From: Psammoneis japonica
Lineage: Eukaryota
DNA: 64,000 nucleotides
Assembly (NCBI GenBank): GCA_008632985.1
Contig: QPGO01000126.1
Span: 124,001 to 188,000, forward strand
Direction: 5' to 3'
Below are positions 58,650 through 64,000 of the stretch, piece by piece. Position numbers and translations under genes: made by a program. The first letter of the stretch is position 1. Every line of letters starts with the position of its first letter. A model generated the notes under the pieces. The model worked only from the letters and a program-made list of their open reading frames with translations. It did no database searches and was not told where the DNA came from.

Positions 58650-59085
58650 CAAGTTTCATGTGGATGTCTTGTAAACACACAGCGGTCTCAGCTCGACGAC
58701 TGTAGAAGTTGTGTAGACTAGGGCAATTCAGCTTTCTATGAACGCGCTTGCTAGAGACCAAATGACTATCTCGTTGATGCCATTTAGATTGTAGCTATGC
58801 CCTTTGTATTAAATCAATATCTTAATCAACGAAACCAGCTTCCCATACGTGAAAGACAATCGCGACAATTCAAGAATCTGCAGGTTGATTCTCCGTGGCA
58901 ACAGTTGTCGTATGGTATTGCCATCCAACAAAAGCCATAGACTACTCGAAAAGCTTGTTAGAGGTTTATCGCACGGCCCTCTCATTGTCTTGTCGGGCCG
59001 AAATCCACGTTGCGTTTACCAACGAGCGTGTATCACCGCAGGGTCGTATCACGGTAAGAGTTGTACGGAACTAATCGCAAAATCG

Positions 59086-60330
59086 CTATTGCGTAAGAAA
59101 TACACGAAGAGAAAACGACGTCTGGTGTCCTAACACCTCTATTGGCTGTGCAAGGGAAGAAAGAAGAGCACGTCTTGCTTGTTTCAATATTGAGAACAAT
59201 TCCACTTCGAAACGACCCGAGTCATGAACCGAGTTTCTGTTAAACAGTAGGCCTAAACGCCCATAATCTATTCCACTATAATTCTTTAAAGGCACTTTCA
59301 TTGCTTTGTCAGCTATTCCACAACTCCGTAACGGTGCCATCCACGTCGACGTTGATTTGTTGACCCGAAAACTACGTTGCATCTCGACGATGAATCATCC
59401 GACGCATCTAGTGTCGCTAGATACTGAGTGGTGTTGGCAGCCTCCACTACCGTTACGATCCGGTGTCGCGCCAACCAGTCCCTCAAACACGTGAAGGCCA
59501 CATGAATGTCGCGAAAGAGCGATTGAAAGTACTTGTTGTTGAAAATCGGATGAGTCCGCTGCTTCCTCCAACTTTCCGTCCCCTCCTTCATTCTCACTTG
59601 TACCCACGGTAAGGACAACCACGAAGCAAACCAAGAAAGTCCCGTTGCTTTGTCTGCAAAGGGATCAAATCGATCAATCTATGTAAAGCCCACTAAAATG
59701 CACCGCGTCCCACCCGTGGTGGGCATTCCCTAGTGAACAATGTGCTAATCAAAACTTGTCCCACCTCGGGTTTTAACGTCTCGTGTTGTTCGGTCCATCT
59801 TTTGTAAAAGCGAGTGCCGCCACCCTCGAATTCGTCATGAAGCAGTACGTTGAAAGAAAGTTGAGACGAATCCGTGCGTCGTCGCAAATGAGACTGTCCC
59901 TTGGTGGCTTCGTATCGAACCACAAACATCTACGCAGAGACACACACCAACGTGAAAGTTTAGACGAGATTCAGTATTGTAAACTTGCAAGAACTAGTCA
60001 TACTTACATCATTGGCACAAATCACCGCTGGCGTTGAATTCCATAGAGACGTTCACTAGAGTTATGTTAAGGCGTTCCGATAGAAACAATCGGTCTTCCT
60101 TGGTAAAACGGTCAAGTAACAACGCTCAAATAGGTGGAGGGATAGGACTTTTACCAATCTTTTCGCCATCCAACCGGCGAAAGCGCCAAGAGTTCATCGT
60201 CGGGATCTTGTCCCGCATTGGCCTGGGCAGGCCTTGTGAGAAAATCAAAAATTGTTTGGCATTCCTCCACAGAAAAGAGCGGAGCGACAAACGAAGATCT
60301 CGCCGTTAGCTTGATATCACTGCACGTAGC
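59086..60330 (-). pseudogene. 2OG-Fe(II) oxygenase (prolyl/lysyl hydroxylase-like) pseudogene
   Basis: PLFSVEEC; intron ~60007-59930; MFVVRY..GQ..L.R(R)TDSS..SFNVLL.DEFEGGGTRF. The HxD His is replaced by Arg; frameshifts and stops present. Confidence 0.65.
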
Positions 60331-60420
60331 TCGATCTGGGTTCTTGTCGCGTCGGATCAACTGCGGTTTTTACTCTTAAAGCATCAAATACAGTATACAC
60401 TGTACTTTTGACAATTCATT

Positions 60421-61773
60421 CTACGTATAGTAAGAAGGAACCACATTTCTTGCAAGGGACCATTCCGGGAGAGATGGCCGTACTCCGTCGCTCAGTGGTG
60501 ACTCGGCAAGTACGTTAGCAAGGCGATGCAACGTTGCCTCATTCTCTATTGCCTTGTCAACAGCCTCCTGGCTTCCTCCTGCTCCATCCGTCCCTGGTAA
60601 CGGAGCGAAGCCCGGGTGAAAAACCCCAGTAAGACTTTGCTCTGCCTCAGCCTGTTCTTCCGATACTGGAGCAAGTTTAGCGCGCTTGCGAAGTTGAGCA
60701 CACTTGATGCTCTGCAGTTCCACAAATCTGGGCTTCAAAGACTTCAGCAGAGACTCAAATTCGTTCAAACACTGCCGCCCATCTCTGTACTGTGTCAAGG
60801 ACATGTTGTTGAAAGCCTCAAATTGTATCAAATACCATTTCTCATTCCCGTCCGTACCCAGCAGCACAGTTGACTGTCCCCACGTACTTTGCCTCGAGAA
60901 AGCAGCAAGTTGAAGCAGCATTTGAGCTTTGTTCATCGGCCTCCTGTTCGTCTTCATCTCGACCAGTGCCATACCGTATTGGTAGATTGATTCCCCAGTC
61001 CAGTCGCAAAGGTCAAACTTTGATTTCTCACCAACGCATCCATCAGACTTGCCTGTCGCCTTCTTTCGATCGGCCTTGATAGGTGCTAATTTCTTTCCTT
61101 TCACGTCTCTGATGGCTAGCTCCTCGCCGTTAACAGCAAGATCATGCTCCAACTTACTAAAGAGCCATTTCAGAGCCGCTGGGATCCCATCATTATCTGA
61201 AATCTTTGCTTCTCCTCCGTTGAAAAGTGGCTGATCCCAATCAAACTTTTCAACAGCAGAGCCGTCTCCGACCGTCATGTTGGCGTCGGTTGCACGCCAG
61301 GAAATCGACAACCCCGACAACAGCTCGGTTGCAAATTCAGTGCTCGCGTTTGACATGTCTTTTTAATCTGTTCTTGACTCGATCGTCATTTCCGTTAAAC
61401 GGTCAATTTTCGCTGATAAATTTTTCTGTTGCACGGAGTGTTCCAAGCTGCTTAGCGACGAACAGGAGGAGTACAGTCTGAAAATGGAACCGCTGCGAAG
61501 AAGCGGCAGAACCGGCTCACCTCCCCCTGCTGCTGCTTTTCTTGAATACGATAGCGCGTTGATCCAATAGTCAGGACACCGCCACCACAATGAAGGAGGG
61601 ATCCAAAGGTCTTGACAGTTGGTTCCTTTCCGCTTGAGTAGGTCGCATGGAAATATTTCGTGTAGTCGTCCGGCAAGGCGGCCTCCGTTTCTTCTTCTTC
61701 CGCCCATTTTACTGCCACCCTCACGCCGTCGCTGGTTCTGGACACCTCCGCCACAGGCAGCTCCTCCTCCCAT
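60421..61773 (-). pseudogene. Crinkler-like PD-(D/E)xK nuclease-fold gene; putative exons ~61773-61521 and 61425-60421; 311-aa core still open
   Basis: TGKSD..ALVEMK..AQMLLQLAA..LLGTDG..W motifs. Phase-0 GTGAG..CTAAG..CAG intron, in-frame TAA at 61365-61363 and an apparent extra G after the ATG. Confidence 0.55.
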
Positions 61774-62294
61774 GGAACGCTGATGACGCAGTCGTTACGG
61801 CAGTAGACAAGTAGGGATTGGCGTTGGCAGCCATGATGGTTGCTTGGACGTTCGTGCCTGGGCGCACCGGTAACATGTATGATGTACCGGTAGAGCGAAT
61901 TTTGAGTTGTCGTGTGTGCCCACCCGCCCTTGCAGCAGCCACCCCCGCCTGGACCACAAAAACAGCTTGCCGCCGCCATCGCACGAACATGAAAAGATTG
62001 CCGTTTCTTCTCAGATTTTTCGCTTTTTTGAAATTTTCGCTGTTCGCTTCCTGCGAACTCCCTCCAAAACTGTATCCATAATATCCGGGTTGTCACTAAT
62101 GAGATCCATGTATGTTTCTACATAGATGATTTCCTATACAAAGATATACGAAATATAACGGCCGCGCACCATTTTTCTAAAATTTCTTTGTGGTTTGTGG
62201 AGTAGACTATCCCAACAACATCCACCATGTCGCGTCTACCGCTCCCACCAATAGCAGCAGCAACAGCACAGTCTTCAAGGATAAGGTTGAATTT

Positions 62295-62735
62295 ATGGCC
62301 TCCATGGAAGAGTGCATGATTGATGCCGAATACAAGATGTGGAAGAAGAACACTCCCTGCCTGTACGACTCTTTGTCATGACGCACGCGTTGGAACAGCC
62401 GTCGCTTACTTGTCAGTGGTTACCCGTATCGAGACAATTACCTCGCGTCAATGAGCACTCGCTCTTGTTCTGAGCTCACACGACGGGAGAATATAATTAT
62501 CTCATGGTGACTATGGTGTCAATTTGTTGCGCTAGGATTCTGTGATGGAAATCCGGGAAAACTCCAATCCCAACACTACGACAACGACGACGACTCACAA
62601 TGACGAAGAAAAAAAGAACCGGGAGGCTTTGGGCGTGGCAATTCGGTGGTGCGCAAGATTGATGTTAAACTCAATTTGAAGCATTTGAGTGAAGTCAATC
62701 ATGGGCGATACATGCCTCAGAATCACTTTGTCGTA
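62295..62735 (+). pseudogene. MSI1: Truncated RBBP4/MSI1 (CAF-1 p48 histone-binding WD40) pseudogene
   Basis: EYKMWKKNTPCLYD, VMTHALEQPSLTCQWLP, NYLM and EVNHGRYMPQN across frameshifts and stops. Rest of the WD40 domain is absent. Confidence 0.8.
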
Positions 62736-62773
62736 CGTACTGTTGTAGCTTTCAGTTGAGTGCGCTTGCGCAC

Positions 62774-62995
62774 TCATTCCGCATGAATCATGTCGATCCC
62801 TGGCAACGTTGGACAACATTTGCACTTGTAAGCTTTGAAAAAGTCGTCAACAAATGTCATTTCCATGTGTCGTTGTTTGTGATATCGACAGTACCAATTT
62901 CCACAAACGACGCAGCTTTGATCCAGATGTGTTTCTGCGCAGCCTCGCACGTGACAGCAGTGGCGTCTTGATGGTTTGGAATGTGACCCTCCCAT
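62774..62995 (-). CDS. Small (73 aa) Cys/His-rich protein with N-myristoylation-like start
   Basis: MGGSHSK, C..GC..C..C..YC..H...H spacing, A/C-rich leader upstream. Confidence 0.5.
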   Translation of the reverse strand: MGGSHSKPSRRHCCHVRGCAETHLDQSCVVCGNWYCRYHKQRHMEMTFVDDFFKAYKCKCCPTLPGIDMIHAE

Positions 62996-64000
62996 TATTG
63001 TTGTTTTTGTGTCTTGGTGTTTTTTGTGTTGTTGTGACCAGTGGTTTTGCATTATAGATGAGCTAATTTGTGGTGTGTCGCAACGAAAACTGCGGCTATC
63101 GCCTATCCACGACTCGATGTCGCTTTTTTTATTCGTGATTGAACGCGGTGAATTCTTGGGAACGTAACTCTTTCACCAACATTCTCAGGTCTAATAGTCT
63201 ATCTCGAAAGAAGCATTTTGTGATTCATTATTGGACGAGTGATGCGATGGATCACTGCAAGTTCATGGATGCTCATTCGCTCGCTACGTACGAGTAGTCC
63301 AGAGAGTCGATTGATCATGACGGCTTGATCCTTTCCCGCCGCATTTCTCTAAATGATTTACACTGGTAAACATTGTTGCTGCTTTCATGATCCGGATTAT
63401 AGGTTAGCTTCGTGCATTGTGCCTCTTGCTCCACTGCAAGACTCAGGAAGCCGAGTTCAAGTACTCGCACTTTGCATGATGTTCCTCCTGAATTTTTTTT
63501 TCCCTCAATCGATGAATGTGAAGTGCGGTGAGTCTCTTTCTCAATTGGATGGTTCAGGCTATGATTCAGGCTTCTGGGACACAAGGACTAAATGTTGCTC
63601 TTGATCGTGAGGCACTCAAGTGCGAATCACCTGTTGGCCAATCATGTCGCGGGAAGCTACGCATCCGCCACTCCGACACCGCTGTGCGCATTCCCGTGGG
63701 ATTACGCCATTCACGACCAAGACTAACCATCGCACTCTCATCTTTTCACGATTTTGCAAATCAAAGGGCATAAAGCATAGATACGAGAGAAACTTGTCTC
63801 ACAAACCAAGACTAGCTAGAAGAAGATCAATAAGACGCAAAGGGAATAAGCACAACTCGAGCTCAAAGAGGAACAAGTCGTCATCAAGCTGACTCAGACT
63901 ACGAACTACGAGGCAATTACTACAAGAACTATACCAAGAAGCAGAAACAAGAACAAAATCAACATGGGCTTTGGTAAAGATACCCTAAGAAGCATTGCCG

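Noticed and set aside
63964..64000. Possible gene start MGFGKDTLRSIA
   Set aside because: Only 12 codons lie inside the window.

Overview
Eukaryotic, gene-dense DNA with short GT-AG introns. Gene content and 5S rRNA look diatom/stramenopile-like (inferred). Left unique part (1-11.2 kb): two paralogous Pro/Cys-rich membrane proteins, a UGA/selenocysteine PDI-like gene with a candidate SECIS, a lone 5S rRNA, a divergent FAD oxidoreductase/opine dehydrogenase pair and an F-box/LRR gene. The middle (12543-55238) is three head-to-tail copies of a ~14.23 kb unit: DUF1269-like gene, RLE-type non-LTR retrotransposon, RING-BRCT (BRCA1-like) gene, unknown membrane protein, SAM methyltransferase and a decayed element. 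Copy 2 contains an assembly gap. The right part holds a PAS protein, an LRR protein, a Crinkler-like nuclease gene and pseudogenes. Main signal: a localized, directional TpA->TpG/CpA (A:T->G:C) hypermutation, opposite in direction to fungal RIP. It has nearly erased TA from repeat-like tracts, stripped Tyr from the retrotransposon (YVDD->CVDD) and spreads into flanking host genes independently in each copy, while sparing duplicated sequence farther from the elements. All counts are by eye.
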